This document shows positions 1-11,309 of a stretch of DNA of 60,776 nucleotides, in pieces. Made by a program: the position numbers and the translations under genes. This DNA comes from an uncultured virus (IMG/VR IMGVR_UViG_3300046007_009360) (Duplodnaviria; Heunggongvirae; Uroviricota; Caudoviricetes), in IMG/VR virus record IMGVR_UViG_3300046007_009360; one strand, 5' to 3'. Positions within the stretch are counted from its first letter, which is position 1; each line of letters begins with the position of its first letter. The notes beneath the pieces are model-generated. The model saw only the letters and a program-made list of their open reading frames with translations, did not search any database and was not told where the DNA came from.

Positions 1-5
1 TTGGT

Positions 6-3000
6 ATGTCTAAACCATTCACAAGTGCAGGAAGAGCGGGAGGTAAATCTGTAGGCTTTGATGTAGTACCATTTCCAGGAAATATAAAAGGTCAAAGTAA
101 TAATATAATTGGTCCAAATCTCTATAAAAATTCATTAAAAGCTCTTGTAGATAATGCTTCTGATTTCTTAGTTAATCTCGCTGGAGTTGATCCAGATGTC
201 ATAAATGATCAAAAATTTAAAAATTATTTATATAGTAATATAAGCCAAGATCAAATTGGCACTTTAGTTGGTAATGCTTTTGAAGGTGGAATACTTGCCT
301 CTCTAAATATTGTACCAGATGATAGATCAAGAATTTTAGACTTAAATCAATCAGAAATCAAAAAACTTGGAGAGACATTTAAGATTCCTTCTTTAACTTC
401 TGGTAAATACCTAGGTGGAGATTTTAAAAATGCGCTAAGTCCATACAATTTAGATAGTATGGCAGGAAAAATATTAAATAGTAGATTAAATAAGAGTTTT
501 GGATTTGTTCCTAATTTTTCTCCAATTAGTAAAGCTTTTCAAACTGAAAAAGGTCTTGGTGGATCACCAGTATTAGATTATCAATCTGGAGTAGGATTAT
601 ATGTTCGAGATCGTAAAACTCAACCAAATTTTGCTGCAGTAAAAAGAGATCATCCAGAAGGCTTATCTAAAGCTATGAGTAATTCATATGCTATGCAAAA
701 AAGTATGGCGGCTTTTGGGTTTGTTCCAAATTTTGCGACATTAACCGCACAGGAAATGGCAACAAGCGCTACGCTTGCAAAAGGTATAACTGGAGATACA
801 CCACTTAGAAAATTATATCAAGAAGTAGAACAAACTGCAGTAGTACAAAATAAAACTAAGTTTGATCTGGAAAAATATAGAGAAAAATTAATATTTGCAT
901 CTTTCGGTCTATCTATCGCTGGCTCTTTCTTTTCTGAATTAGCCGGAGACAATGAAATAATGGCTAAAAATATTAATGGATTTTCGCAGGGTTTATCAAC
1001 AGCATTGACTGCTACACAATTAATTCCTGGTCCAATAGGTTTAGTTGTTGGAGGATTAGGAGCGTTATATGCAGGGGTAAATTTTCTGGCAAAAACCTTT
1101 AGAGATAATGGTGAGCAAATCGGCAGGAATTTAGAAAAAATCAAAGAAGAAACAACAACGTTTACTAATTCTACTTCTAACTATTCACAAGCTTTACAAA
1201 AATTAACTGACGCTTATAAAAATACAAAAACACCAGCAGAAACAATAGTTAAATTAAATCAAGATTTAGCTAAAGCCGCAATGGAATTACCAGAAAAGTA
1301 TCGATTACAATTACTAGCTATAACAGATAATACAAGACTTCAAGAAGAAGTAAATAAAATACAAGCTGGCCTAGCTCAAGAACAAAGAAGTTTAGAATTT
1401 GCTACAAAAGTTAACGCAAGACTTGCAGAAGGTGGAATATTTGGTGCCCCAACTGTATTTGGAACTTCTGGTGCGACAAGAGGGGCTGCAAGGGAAATTT
1501 TTGGTGGACTATCTAAAGAAGGACAAGTTAAATTTTTACAAGACTTAAATCAACAACTATTTAAATTAAATCAACCAGAATTGATATCTTATCTAGAGAA
1601 ATATTATGGATTAAATTCAGATATTTCCAATGTTCTATCTAGATTAGGAGAAGAAGAATTTAAAAATTTATCAACAGGATTATTTTTATTTGCTGAAGGT
1701 GTTAAAAATGCTCAAAAAGAATTTGAAGAAACTGACGCAGTAAGAAGAGAACAGATTAAAACTCAAACAGAGCTTAAAAAAGAAACAGATCGAGCTAAAA
1801 TATCATTAGATAATTTAAATCAATCATTAATTGATCTAATTAATATTAGCATAAGATCTCAAACTTTTAGACAGACATTTGGTGGGATTAGTGCTGCAAA
1901 TACTAGGGGCGTTGGTTTAGCTAGAGCAGGAGACCTATTAAATTATCAACAATTATTTAGATCAGAAGATTCTACAAATGCAATTAAATCAAGAATTGAC
2001 GCTCTAACAAGAACGGAGGAGTTCAGTTCTCAAGCGAGACAAATTTCTTCTTCTGCTAGACAATCAATCTTAGAAGTTGGAGCTTCATTACTACAAAATC
2101 TAAGAAGACCAGATCAAGAGGAACCTCAATCAAGAGCCGCAATTGATGCTTTTGAAAGTCAATTACTTTCTATTAGTCAAAATACATTATCTTCTGCCGA
2201 TACAGCAAAACTTCTCTCCGAGTCTATAGTGTCTATATTTGGAGCAGGATTTGATAAGAATTCAGAAGTACAATCAAAGATTAGAGATATTGCAAGAGAG
2301 CAGAACGAAAAATTAGCTTTACTAGGAGAAGAACAAAAGAAAGCGAATGCTATAGCTCAATCTAACTTACAGATTCAACAAAGAATTCTTCAAGCGCGTA
2401 GAGATATTGAAACTTTCGGTGGAATTAGAGGTTTTATTGATCCAGAGTCTCTTAAATCAACTTTTGAAAACTTCTCAAGAAGTTTAAATCTATATAGAAG
2501 TGGTAGAGGAGTAATTCAAAGAGGTCGTGGTGCCGCCGGTTTAATTTCTGAAACATTAGGACTAGCTGGCGGAGGTTTGAGTCCAGGTCTTGGCGCAGGA
2601 TTTAGAGGATTAAGAACAGCAGCAATCTCTGGAAGAGCAGAAGATTTAAGAAGACAAGCAAGACAATTGAGCGTAGGTGCACCTTCTGGAGTAAGAGCAG
2701 TTTTATCTGATATTTCAAAAAGATCTACAGAAATAGCCACGAGACAAATTGATAATCTTTTAAAAGACGAAAGAATTGGTCAGAATGTTGATGAAATAAC
2801 TCAATTATTAAGACAGATAGAAACTGCTCAGAAATCTACAGTAATACCAGAATTAAATAATTCAATACAAAGTGCTATAACGGCAGTACAATCAGATTTA
2901 ACTCCAGCTATACAAGAACTAAAAGAATCTTTATCTAGAGCCGCAGATGTATTTGCTACAAGAGAAACATATCAAAGTATTGGAGAAGAAATTGGAGTAG

Positions 3001-3677
3001 CGACTTTAAGACAAGCTGGAGGACAGAGACAATTAGCTACCGCACAAGAACAGATCGCTAATTTAAATCCACAGCTTAGATCTTTAATTCAAACAGTTTT
3101 ACCTACTGGTGGAGGACAATATTCATCCGCAGAATTACAAAATCAAGGTAGAATTAATGCATTCTTCGAAGCGCTAGATCAAGGCAAGAAAATTACATTA
3201 ACAGAACTTGGCTTACAAAGTAAATCAAATACTCAATTTGGTCAACTTTTAGATCAATATAATAATCAAATTAGTATTTTAGAATCTTCTCGCGCCGCAG
3301 TTCAAAACTCAACTCAAGCTCTAGATCAATTAAATTCAAGGGCTGTTGATGCTGCTGCCGCTTTACTTTCCCTTGGACAAAATGTAACTCCAATTGGTGG
3401 ATTAGCAGCGCCACAAACAATCCAAGGTGCAGTTGATTTAAATATACCAAATAATTTATTAGAACTTAATGTTGGTGGTAGAGTATCTTTTGATGGAGGA
3501 AATATACAGGTAACTATTTCTCCAGACTCTGATTTAACAACATTGGTTACGCCAATAGTTAATAGTCTTACTGAGCAACTTAAATTAGATATACAAAATC
3601 AATTTAATAATCAGATATTTCAGCTTAGAGAAGACGCAGGATTAAGGAGGCAACCAGCACCAATTGGAGGTAGATAA
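6..3677 (+). CDS. Tail tape measure-like protein (probably 5'-truncated by the window edge)
   Basis: Long helical Ala/Gln/Leu-rich ORF with two hydrophobic Gly-rich segments (LIFASFGLSIAGSFF; GPIGLVVGGLGALYAGV) and a twice-repeated FGFVPNF motif; leads the tail gene cluster; frame is open to the window start. Confidence 0.7.
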   Translation: MSKPFTSAGRAGGKSVGFDVVPFPGNIKGQSNNIIGPNLYKNSLKALVDNASDFLVNLAGVDPDVINDQKFKNYLYSNISQDQIGTLVGNAFEGGILASLNIVPDDRSRILDLNQSEIKKLGETFKIPSLTSGKYLGGDFKNALSPYNLDSMAGKILNSRLNKSFGFVPNFSPISKAFQTEKGLGGSPVLDYQSGVGLYVRDRKTQPNFAAVKRDHPEGLSKAMSNSYAMQKSMAAFGFVPNFATLTAQEMATSATLAKGITGDTPLRKLYQEVEQTAVVQNKTKFDLEKYREKLIFASFGLSIAGSFFSELAGDNEIMAKNINGFSQGLSTALTATQLIPGPIGLVVGGLGALYAGVNFLAKTFRDNGEQIGRNLEKIKEETTTFTNSTSNYSQALQKLTDAYKNTKTPAETIVKLNQDLAKAAMELPEKYRLQLLAITDNTRLQEEVNKIQAGLAQEQRSLEFATKVNARLAEGGIFGAPTVFGTSGATRGAAREIFGGLSKEGQVKFLQDLNQQLFKLNQPELISYLEKYYGLNSDISNVLSRLGEEEFKNLSTGLFLFAEGVKNAQKEFEETDAVRREQIKTQTELKKETDRAKISLDNLNQSLIDLINISIRSQTFRQTFGGISAANTRGVGLARAGDLLNYQQLFRSEDSTNAIKSRIDALTRTEEFSSQARQISSSARQSILEVGASLLQNLRRPDQEEPQSRAAIDAFESQLLSISQNTLSSADTAKLLSESIVSIFGAGFDKNSEVQSKIRDIAREQNEKLALLGEEQKKANAIAQSNLQIQQRILQARRDIETFGGIRGFIDPESLKSTFENFSRSLNLYRSGRGVIQRGRGAAGLISETLGLAGGGLSPGLGAGFRGLRTAAISGRAEDLRRQARQLSVGAPSGVRAVLSDISKRSTEIATRQIDNLLKDERIGQNVDEITQLLRQIETAQKSTVIPELNNSIQSAITAVQSDLTPAIQELKESLSRAADVFATRETYQSIGEEIGVATLRQAGGQRQLATAQEQIANLNPQLRSLIQTVLPTGGGQYSSAELQNQGRINAFFEALDQGKKITLTELGLQSKSNTQFGQLLDQYNNQISILESSRAAVQNSTQALDQLNSRAVDAAAALLSLGQNVTPIGGLAAPQTIQGAVDLNIPNNLLELNVGGRVSFDGGNIQVTISPDSDLTTLVTPIVNSLTEQLKLDIQNQFNNQIFQLREDAGLRRQPAPIGGR

Positions 3678-3682
3678 TTTAA

Positions 3683-3702
3683 AAGGAAAAAGGATTTAAA
3701 GG
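3683..3702 (+). promoter_or_regulatory. Triple AAGG leader element before tail gene
   Basis: AAGG at 3683, 3690 and 3699; the last ends 3 nt before ATG 3706; same pattern at 11290-11307. Confidence 0.5.
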
Positions 3703-3705
3703 ATT

Positions 3706-5598
3706 ATGGCTTATACATTTACAGATGCAACAATACTAGGATATCAAGTAAATAGAAATTACTTAGGAGAAGGATTATTTTCTATTAATACGACTAAGAA
3801 TGTTTCAATCGAGGGAATCTTTTTAAATCCAACAGCAACAGAAGGGGTCAGAGAAAGCATACAAAAAATATCAGGTTTTCTAACTGGAATTACAAATGTT
3901 TATGATTCAATAGTAATAAATGACTACAACTTAGGAAGTGGAAAGATCACTAGTATTTCTTTTCCAGAAGATAATCCAATTAGATTAGGAAGATATATCT
4001 ATGATATTGAGATTTTAGAAAGTGGGGATTTTAGTTTCGCGCCAAATGACACAATCTATGGTTCATTTTTATCAACTGGCACAAATGATAAAATTTTAAA
4101 TTTAGAAGAAAATTTAAATTTCGAAAATGAAGATAATGGAGATTACTCGTATAATCATGATATTAATATACAATATTATGAAGATGGATCTGATATAATA
4201 TCAAAAGCAAAAGATTTCGCTTATCAAGTTTTTAATGATGCTTTAGAAGTAGGATTAATTGGACAATTCTCTGGTTTCTATAACGTCTTAAAAAATAAAA
4301 AGAACTACTTTTCCGAAAACTATGATATTGTTAATAAAAGATGTAATTTTTCTAAAAGAATATTAATTAATAAAAATTTTAATACAAATTATACAACTAG
4401 TTTATCACATAATTTAACTTTTGATGGAAATGGAAAGATAACAGTTACTGAAAACGGAACGATTAAAGCGTTAGACAATTCTCTACAATATACTGCAGAT
4501 AATTATTTTAATATAGAATTATCTAATTCATATTTAAGATGTCAAGATATATTTAATACTTATACGGAAAAGTATGGTTTAGGCCAAAAAGATTCCTTAT
4601 TCAATCAACCTTTTACGCTAGGGAAAACCTCAGATGTTTTTAATAATTTATTAGAATATAATGTTAGTTATGTTAATGATCCAGCTTTTGAAGGAAATAT
4701 AATCAATACTTATAATATAAGTATAAGTAAAGATATACAAGATATTACAAATTACTCTGAAGAAGGTCAGCTTATTCAAGTTGGACAAATTGGTAGTATA
4801 AGTGGGCTAAGTTTAATAAAAAGCAAATATTTAACCGCAAAGTCTAGAAACAATACAAGATATCCAAATTTAAAATTAAAAAATAGTACTTTTAGTGATT
4901 CAAATTTAATAGGAAAAACAAACGTATATGTAACATATGTACAAATAGCAAGTTCTTTTCAAGGATTATATCTTGTGCAACCAGATCTGTATAATGGAAA
5001 GAATTATTATGTATTAATTTCAAATCCATCCTATACAATATATTTTTCTGCATCAGAGAATAGATGGAAAATAGCAGCATCACTAGGTGGTTTTGGTCCA
5101 GTAGATGGAGCAGTTGGTGATTACAAATACCCTTGGTTTGCTTTTGATCCAGTCTATGGAGTTTATCCTGTGTTAGAAAATACATATAATAATAACTTCT
5201 CTTATTCAATAGAAAAAACTAGTGATAATTCTATAATTGAAGGCAATCCTTATTACAAAAGTCTCTCTTTTGAAATAAATGATACTGCCCCATATGACTT
5301 ATATAAAGAGTATATTATTGCTAATAAAAATCCTAAAAATGTATTGTTTTTATTTGGAAATCAAGTCGAGATCGGTAATAGATCTGTTACAATAAATGGC
5401 ACATTAGTAAGACCAACCAATAACCCTTGGTCTACCCCAATAACTTTACCATTAAATGATTTAAAATCAAAAAGTGTTTCTGGTGCTTTAGATTTGGTGT
5501 CAGATGAAGCCTATATTGATAATATAGCCTATAATTATGATTCAGATTATAATTTTTCTTTTTCTTTAGATCTAAAATATTTAAGAACAGTAGAATAA
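3706..5598 (+). CDS. Putative tail structural protein (beta-rich; probable paralogue of 5603..8380)
   Basis: Directly follows the tape measure; beta-strand-like pattern; segments KITSISF..RYIYDIEI and NFENE..YSYNHDINI resemble IIRSINF..DYSIEL and QFSENE..TLSHNISA in the next gene. Confidence 0.55.
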   Translation: MAYTFTDATILGYQVNRNYLGEGLFSINTTKNVSIEGIFLNPTATEGVRESIQKISGFLTGITNVYDSIVINDYNLGSGKITSISFPEDNPIRLGRYIYDIEILESGDFSFAPNDTIYGSFLSTGTNDKILNLEENLNFENEDNGDYSYNHDINIQYYEDGSDIISKAKDFAYQVFNDALEVGLIGQFSGFYNVLKNKKNYFSENYDIVNKRCNFSKRILINKNFNTNYTTSLSHNLTFDGNGKITVTENGTIKALDNSLQYTADNYFNIELSNSYLRCQDIFNTYTEKYGLGQKDSLFNQPFTLGKTSDVFNNLLEYNVSYVNDPAFEGNIINTYNISISKDIQDITNYSEEGQLIQVGQIGSISGLSLIKSKYLTAKSRNNTRYPNLKLKNSTFSDSNLIGKTNVYVTYVQIASSFQGLYLVQPDLYNGKNYYVLISNPSYTIYFSASENRWKIAASLGGFGPVDGAVGDYKYPWFAFDPVYGVYPVLENTYNNNFSYSIEKTSDNSIIEGNPYYKSLSFEINDTAPYDLYKEYIIANKNPKNVLFLFGNQVEIGNRSVTINGTLVRPTNNPWSTPITLPLNDLKSKSVSGALDLVSDEAYIDNIAYNYDSDYNFSFSLDLKYLRTVE

Positions 5599-5602
5599 AT
5601 AT

Positions 5603-8380
5603 ATGTCTAATACTTATATATTTTATAATGGCAAAGTAATACCAGAACCTACACCTTTTGTCCTTTTGGAAAGGGAAAATTTATATTATAACCAATATTG
5701 GGGAAATTCCGATAAGATTACATTAAATGGTCAAATTACTGGATATGGATGTTCGCCATTTAACGAGATTACAAGTGGTCAACAAAAAATATTAAATATA
5801 TTCAGTAAAAATTTTAATAATTTACAAATTTTCGAACCAGCTTTAATTCAACCAGAAACTTTTACAATTCAGTCTGGAATATACAAAGTAACTCAATTAA
5901 CAGGATCAAATACAGATCAAATATTCGGTTCTTCTGTAGATCTCGATCTTAGTGGTAATTTATTATTAATAGGTTCTCCATCTGCAAATGTATCAACTGG
6001 AGCTTTATATGTATCATATAAAGAAAATGATATATTTACCAACATAATAAGGATAACAGGAAATACTGGGGTAGGAAGATTTGGATCTTCTGTAAGTACT
6101 AATTCGCAAGGAAATATATTAGCAATTGGCGCGCCAGTAGAATCAACAGATTATAGTCAAGCTGGAAAAGTATATATCTTTTCTGGAGAGAAAACTAATT
6201 GGGGATTAGCTTCTATTTTAACTGGAGATATTAATTCAAAATTTTTTGGCCAATCTTTATCATTTAACTCGACTGGAAATGTATTAGCTATTGGAGCGGG
6301 ATTAGATCAACAGGTTTCACAAAATGCTGGAGCGGTTTTTATATTTACTGGCTATTCAACAAATTGGACATTAAAAAATAAAATTGTTAGCGATACAATA
6401 TCTGGAAATTTTGGTAATTCTATATCTTTAAATTCTGATGGAAACGTTGGGGTCGTTGGCGAATTTAAAAGAAATTTAGAAACAGGAGCGGTATGGATTA
6501 TAACAGGAAATGGAATAAATTGGGATAAAGCAATAATTTTGACAGGCGATAATATTGATCAAAGCAGATTTGGTAATGCTGTATCTATAAATTCTCAAGG
6601 TAATATAGTTTTAATTGGAAATAATTTACACAATCAAAACACTGGAATGGCTTATATCTTTACTGGAACAGGTAATATATGGAGCAAAGCATCTAAACTA
6701 AGCGGAAGAGCTACTCAAGGAAATTTTGGATATAGTGTAGCTTTAAATAGTTCTGGTAATATAGCATTTATTGGAGCGCAAACAGATCAAATTGAATTTT
6801 CAAATGGAGCAGTTTATGCATTTACTGGAAAAAATAATAATTGGGTAAATTCACAATTACTTCGTATAAGTGATAGTCTTGACTTATTTGGAGATCTTTT
6901 CGGTAGTAGTATAGCCTGTAATAATATTGGTAACAAAGTTTTAATTGGAGATGAAGGTCACAATGTCTATCGAGGGGCAGCATATTTTTATGAACAAGAT
7001 GAATTTTATGAAAAGATTTATGAGAATAGTGGGATTATAATAAGATCAATAAATTTTGATAATTCTAACTACGCAGGAGTAGTAGATTATTCTATAGAAT
7101 TAAACTCAATTAGAATTAGTGGAAATGTATTAGATCCTGTAAATGAATTTCAATTCTCAGAGAATGAAAATAAAACTGTAACTCTATCTCATAATATATC
7201 TGCAAAAGGAATAAATACCAATCTTAGTTCTGCGAAATCAAACGCATTAAATAATGCCATTTCTTTTGTTAGATTAAATACTGGTTTAGCTAACGTACCA
7301 TCTACAAAGTTTATTTCCGGAAATATTAATAAATTCTATTTACAAAATTTTTCAGAATCAATAGACCGATTAAATGGCTCTTATTCCGTTCAAGAAACTT
7401 ATATTAATAATTATTTAGATAATAGTTTATCTGGTAATTTAACCTATACAATAGATGTAAATTCTGGTAGTGAATCTAATTTTCTTCAAATTAACGTGCG
7501 AGGACAATATAAAGGCCCAAGAAATGGAAACATATCAGATCTAAGAGGAAGTTTAAATGTTACAGGATTAATAACGGGCACATATTCTGGATATTTTAAT
7601 CCTATTCCAATTGAATATAATATAACAGAAAACACAGGCGAAAATTCAATAAATTTTGATTATTCTTTTGATAATATTAATTTACCTAATCCTTATTATA
7701 GATATGAATCAAATATATCTAAGGATGAAATACAACAAATTTACAATGTACAAGTTAGAGGAGAAATAGTCGCTAGAGGAAACAGAAATTATAGATATTC
7801 TCTATCCACAGGCAATATAATAAATCTAACTGGTCAATTTATTTCTGTAGCAAGCGGAATTTTAACTGGTTTTAAGGATTTTAATGGAGATACATATCAA
7901 TCAAATTTGAGGCTATTAAATATAACAATAGATGAAAATCCTAATGAGGGGACAGTTTCAGCAAACGCATCATATGATGATAAGTTTATGCCTTCTGGTA
8001 ATGCTACAGATGGATCATATAATATATCCGTAGAAGCTCCAAGATGGTATATGAATAATCAACCAACCTGTAATATTAAAGGATTTCATATTATAAATGA
8101 TTTTGATATCACTACTTTACCAAAAATGTCAATTAATACTTCTTTAAAATATAAGAATCTTACTGGAATAAATAACGAAAATATATTAAGATCAGAGATA
8201 AAGAATATAACTAATAATATTATTCCAAGCAATTATAGTTTTAATACAAAGTTACAAGATTCTGAGTCTTATACTAAAAAATATAATAATTTTAATTCTA
8301 TTACTGATATATCATATAAACTAGATAAAGTAGACTTATCTAATCAAAATGGACTATTACCTAAATTTAATACAATATGA
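5603..8380 (+). CDS. Tail protein with inserted FG-GAP (integrin-alpha-like) beta-propeller
   Basis: About 7 repeats of FGxS(V/I)...(I/V)GAP...GxVYIFTG..W at ~5880-7000. Confidence 0.7.
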   Translation: MSNTYIFYNGKVIPEPTPFVLLERENLYYNQYWGNSDKITLNGQITGYGCSPFNEITSGQQKILNIFSKNFNNLQIFEPALIQPETFTIQSGIYKVTQLTGSNTDQIFGSSVDLDLSGNLLLIGSPSANVSTGALYVSYKENDIFTNIIRITGNTGVGRFGSSVSTNSQGNILAIGAPVESTDYSQAGKVYIFSGEKTNWGLASILTGDINSKFFGQSLSFNSTGNVLAIGAGLDQQVSQNAGAVFIFTGYSTNWTLKNKIVSDTISGNFGNSISLNSDGNVGVVGEFKRNLETGAVWIITGNGINWDKAIILTGDNIDQSRFGNAVSINSQGNIVLIGNNLHNQNTGMAYIFTGTGNIWSKASKLSGRATQGNFGYSVALNSSGNIAFIGAQTDQIEFSNGAVYAFTGKNNNWVNSQLLRISDSLDLFGDLFGSSIACNNIGNKVLIGDEGHNVYRGAAYFYEQDEFYEKIYENSGIIIRSINFDNSNYAGVVDYSIELNSIRISGNVLDPVNEFQFSENENKTVTLSHNISAKGINTNLSSAKSNALNNAISFVRLNTGLANVPSTKFISGNINKFYLQNFSESIDRLNGSYSVQETYINNYLDNSLSGNLTYTIDVNSGSESNFLQINVRGQYKGPRNGNISDLRGSLNVTGLITGTYSGYFNPIPIEYNITENTGENSINFDYSFDNINLPNPYYRYESNISKDEIQQIYNVQVRGEIVARGNRNYRYSLSTGNIINLTGQFISVASGILTGFKDFNGDTYQSNLRLLNITIDENPNEGTVSANASYDDKFMPSGNATDGSYNISVEAPRWYMNNQPTCNIKGFHIINDFDITTLPKMSINTSLKYKNLTGINNENILRSEIKNITNNIIPSNYSFNTKLQDSESYTKKYNNFNSITDISYKLDKVDLSNQNGLLPKFNTI

Positions 8381-11274
8381 ATATAAAATTTATTACAGGA
8401 TATTTATCAGAAAATCAAAGAAATACAGGATCTCTTGAAATATTTTATGATTTTAGTGGTATATCGGGCTTTTTTGTGCCTAATAGGTTCTACCAAAACG
8501 AAGTGCAGTTTTCTAAAATCGGAGGAGGTTTTCAAGTAAATAAAGAATACTACCCAGGCATATTTATTTCTTGTTATCAAGAAACGGGGTTTACTGGGTC
8601 TGGAATCTTTGAAGGGATAAATACATTAAAAGTATTTAATAATCTTAGTGGAGATAATATTAGTTTATTTTATAATTTCGGCAGATTAAATTGTAATAAA
8701 GATTTTTCTATTAATTCTAAGAATATAATTACTCCAACAGGTAAAATTCAAATTTTAAGTTATATAGAATCTAAAGATCAATCTAATCCATTCGAGATAA
8801 TATTAGGTTTAAATGATGCATATAAACTTACCCTAGAATTTTCTGGTAAAATTAATGGAAATCAAGAAGAGAAGTATAGGTCTACAAATTATGCAGAATT
8901 AGCTTTTGAGAACGCCGGAGCAATAAGAATTAATAATAAAAATTTAGAATTTAGTTATTTTGATATCATAGAAAATGAAATTAGCAACAACATAATCAAT
9001 TTAACAGGATCATATTTTAGCCAAGAAAAAAATATCTATATTGGAAATATGCCTACAGGTAAATATAGAGATGGTTATACTGGATTTTTGGGAGTCGTTG
9101 ATGATTTTATTGGATTTAATGAATATTTTGATTTGAATATTTCAGCCGGAATCTCTAAACTTTTTATAAAAACTGGAGAAGAGACTATAGTTACAGATAT
9201 AACTGGAGTTTCATATAATGTTATTCAAAGTGGATTTTTAAATCCTACAGGAATATTAGGAACAGGAATTACTGGCTATCAAATTGTTCCATCAGAAGAG
9301 GTAATAAATGCCAGCTGTGGAGAATCTTGTGTTGTATATGTAAAATCTGGAGTAACTGGTATAATTACAGGGGAAAAAATAGAATACGTTGTTGTTGGAC
9401 AAGAAAGTTATGCAGTAACTCAACAAGAAACAAAGAACAATCTTTATGATCAAGATTACGCGTCTAAATTTACTAAAAATTACATAGTTTTTACTCCAGC
9501 ATTAGATTCACAAGATATTTTTAATATTAATTTCTATAAAGACGTAAATGCAATTGTAGATTATCCGAACTATTCATATTTAGATAAAACCTATATTGCT
9601 GATAACGATTTAGGCGAAAAGAATGTTTTAATATTTTTTAATGGAGTAAATATAGCTTCAAATGAATATCAAATTAGCGCAAGTGAAGATAGGTTCAAGA
9701 TATCAAAATATGATAGAGATCAAAATGATCTAATATTATATACTCTATCAAGTCAAAGAAATTTTAAAGACCAAGTTTCAATCGGAAATAATTCAATTTT
9801 TCTTACAGGTATAAATTTAGATAAATATAATTTATTTCTAAATGGCCAAAAACTAATAAATAATTACAATTATTCTGGAGAGAACGTTTATGTTTTAAAC
9901 ACTGAATTAAGCGGTTCTCAAGAGTTAAATACAACTGGATATTTTGGAAATTCTACGGCAATGAGTGCTGACGGAAATATTGCTATCATTGGCGAGTATC
10001 GATTCAATCATAATAATGCTCAAACTCCAACAGGAGCCGCATGGGTAGCTAAATATGATGGAGAAAAATGGTCAAAATTTAAAAGATTATCTGGTATTTA
10101 TCGTACTGTTGGGAGTAATTATTTTGGTTTGAGTTCTTCAACTAATTATAACGGAACCATCGCTGCGATATCTGATCCATACGTAAATGGGGGAACAGCA
10201 TATATATTCACAGGTATAAATGGAAATTTATTTTTAAATACAGGTTTAAGCGGCAATAATTCTTCGCTACTTTATGGAAATTTTTTAAAACTTAATTACT
10301 CTGGAGATATTCTTTTCGTAAATGATCCATTTCAACCAGTTGGCATTAATCGTGGAGCCGTATGGATCTATACTGGAAATAATGGTTCAAATTGGGCTCT
10401 TACACAAAGAATTGATGGTCCAATTGCAGGAGGACTAAATTATTTTGGAAATAGCATAGATATAGATCTAACAAATAAAACAGGAATTATAGGAGCACGC
10501 GCTTCAAATGATAATAGCGGCGTTGCTTACATTATAACCGGAAATAATTACAAATGGGATATTGCAGCAAGTTTAACGGGTCTAATAAGTGGCTTTAGTT
10601 ATTTTGGTTCAAGCGTTGCTATAAATAAAGAAGGAAATATTGCTGCAGTTGGTGCGCCATGGTCAAATAATTTGTCTGGCATCGTTTATTTATACACTGG
10701 TAATAATAATAACTGGAATATTATAAAAACATTTAGTGGCACATATAATAGTCAAAGATTTGGTAGTAGAATTAAAATGAGTAAAGAAGAGAATATTCTT
10801 GGAGTCTTAGATGAATATCCATTTTCTTATAGATTGAGACTATATTCTGGCAATAAAAATAATTGGGAATTTTATAAAGAAATATTTAAATTTTCAGTTT
10901 TAGATAATTTCGATTTTAGTGAAGATGTAAACAGTATAGTTTTTGGATCTCCAGCTTCTGATGCTTTAAGCGGAACAGCTTATTTTTATAACGAAAAACA
11001 GCAAGTTACATTTTTAAATCCAAATATTGATGGTAATGATCAGATATATATTAAAGAGGATGATTATGTTAACTCTTTAACTGGAACAAATATAAAAACA
11101 TATAATGCAAATTTAAATTATAATAATGAAAAAATCTGGCTAAATGGTATATATCAAAATAAAAATGAAAATTATATACTAACATCATGTATTAATGAGA
11201 TGATGAGGCCTACCGGAGATATAGAATCTAAAAATGAAACTATATTTAATAATGAATATTATAGATTTAATTAA
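8377..11274 (+). CDS. Tail protein with laminin-G-like N-terminal region, (F/L)NG repeats and inserted FG-GAP propeller
   Basis: IYIG...FLGVVDDF resembles the end of a LamG/concanavalin domain; IFFNGV, LFLNGQ and IWLNGIYQ repeats; FG-GAP repeats at ~9890-11000; ATGA overlap with previous gene. Confidence 0.6.
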   Translation: MNIKFITGYLSENQRNTGSLEIFYDFSGISGFFVPNRFYQNEVQFSKIGGGFQVNKEYYPGIFISCYQETGFTGSGIFEGINTLKVFNNLSGDNISLFYNFGRLNCNKDFSINSKNIITPTGKIQILSYIESKDQSNPFEIILGLNDAYKLTLEFSGKINGNQEEKYRSTNYAELAFENAGAIRINNKNLEFSYFDIIENEISNNIINLTGSYFSQEKNIYIGNMPTGKYRDGYTGFLGVVDDFIGFNEYFDLNISAGISKLFIKTGEETIVTDITGVSYNVIQSGFLNPTGILGTGITGYQIVPSEEVINASCGESCVVYVKSGVTGIITGEKIEYVVVGQESYAVTQQETKNNLYDQDYASKFTKNYIVFTPALDSQDIFNINFYKDVNAIVDYPNYSYLDKTYIADNDLGEKNVLIFFNGVNIASNEYQISASEDRFKISKYDRDQNDLILYTLSSQRNFKDQVSIGNNSIFLTGINLDKYNLFLNGQKLINNYNYSGENVYVLNTELSGSQELNTTGYFGNSTAMSADGNIAIIGEYRFNHNNAQTPTGAAWVAKYDGEKWSKFKRLSGIYRTVGSNYFGLSSSTNYNGTIAAISDPYVNGGTAYIFTGINGNLFLNTGLSGNNSSLLYGNFLKLNYSGDILFVNDPFQPVGINRGAVWIYTGNNGSNWALTQRIDGPIAGGLNYFGNSIDIDLTNKTGIIGARASNDNSGVAYIITGNNYKWDIAASLTGLISGFSYFGSSVAINKEGNIAAVGAPWSNNLSGIVYLYTGNNNNWNIIKTFSGTYNSQRFGSRIKMSKEENILGVLDEYPFSYRLRLYSGNKNNWEFYKEIFKFSVLDNFDFSEDVNSIVFGSPASDALSGTAYFYNEKQQVTFLNPNIDGNDQIYIKEDDYVNSLTGTNIKTYNANLNYNNEKIWLNGIYQNKNENYILTSCINEMMRPTGDIESKNETIFNNEYYRFN

Positions 11275-11276
11275 TA

Positions 11277-11307
11277 GTGTAAATATAATAAGGTTCAAGG
11301 AATAAGG
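11277..11307 (+). promoter_or_regulatory. GTGTAA putative late-promoter motif followed by triple AAGG leader
   Basis: GTGTAAATATAAT, then AAGG at 11290, 11297 and 11304; ATG at 11310. Confidence 0.5.
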
Positions 11308-11309
11308 TT

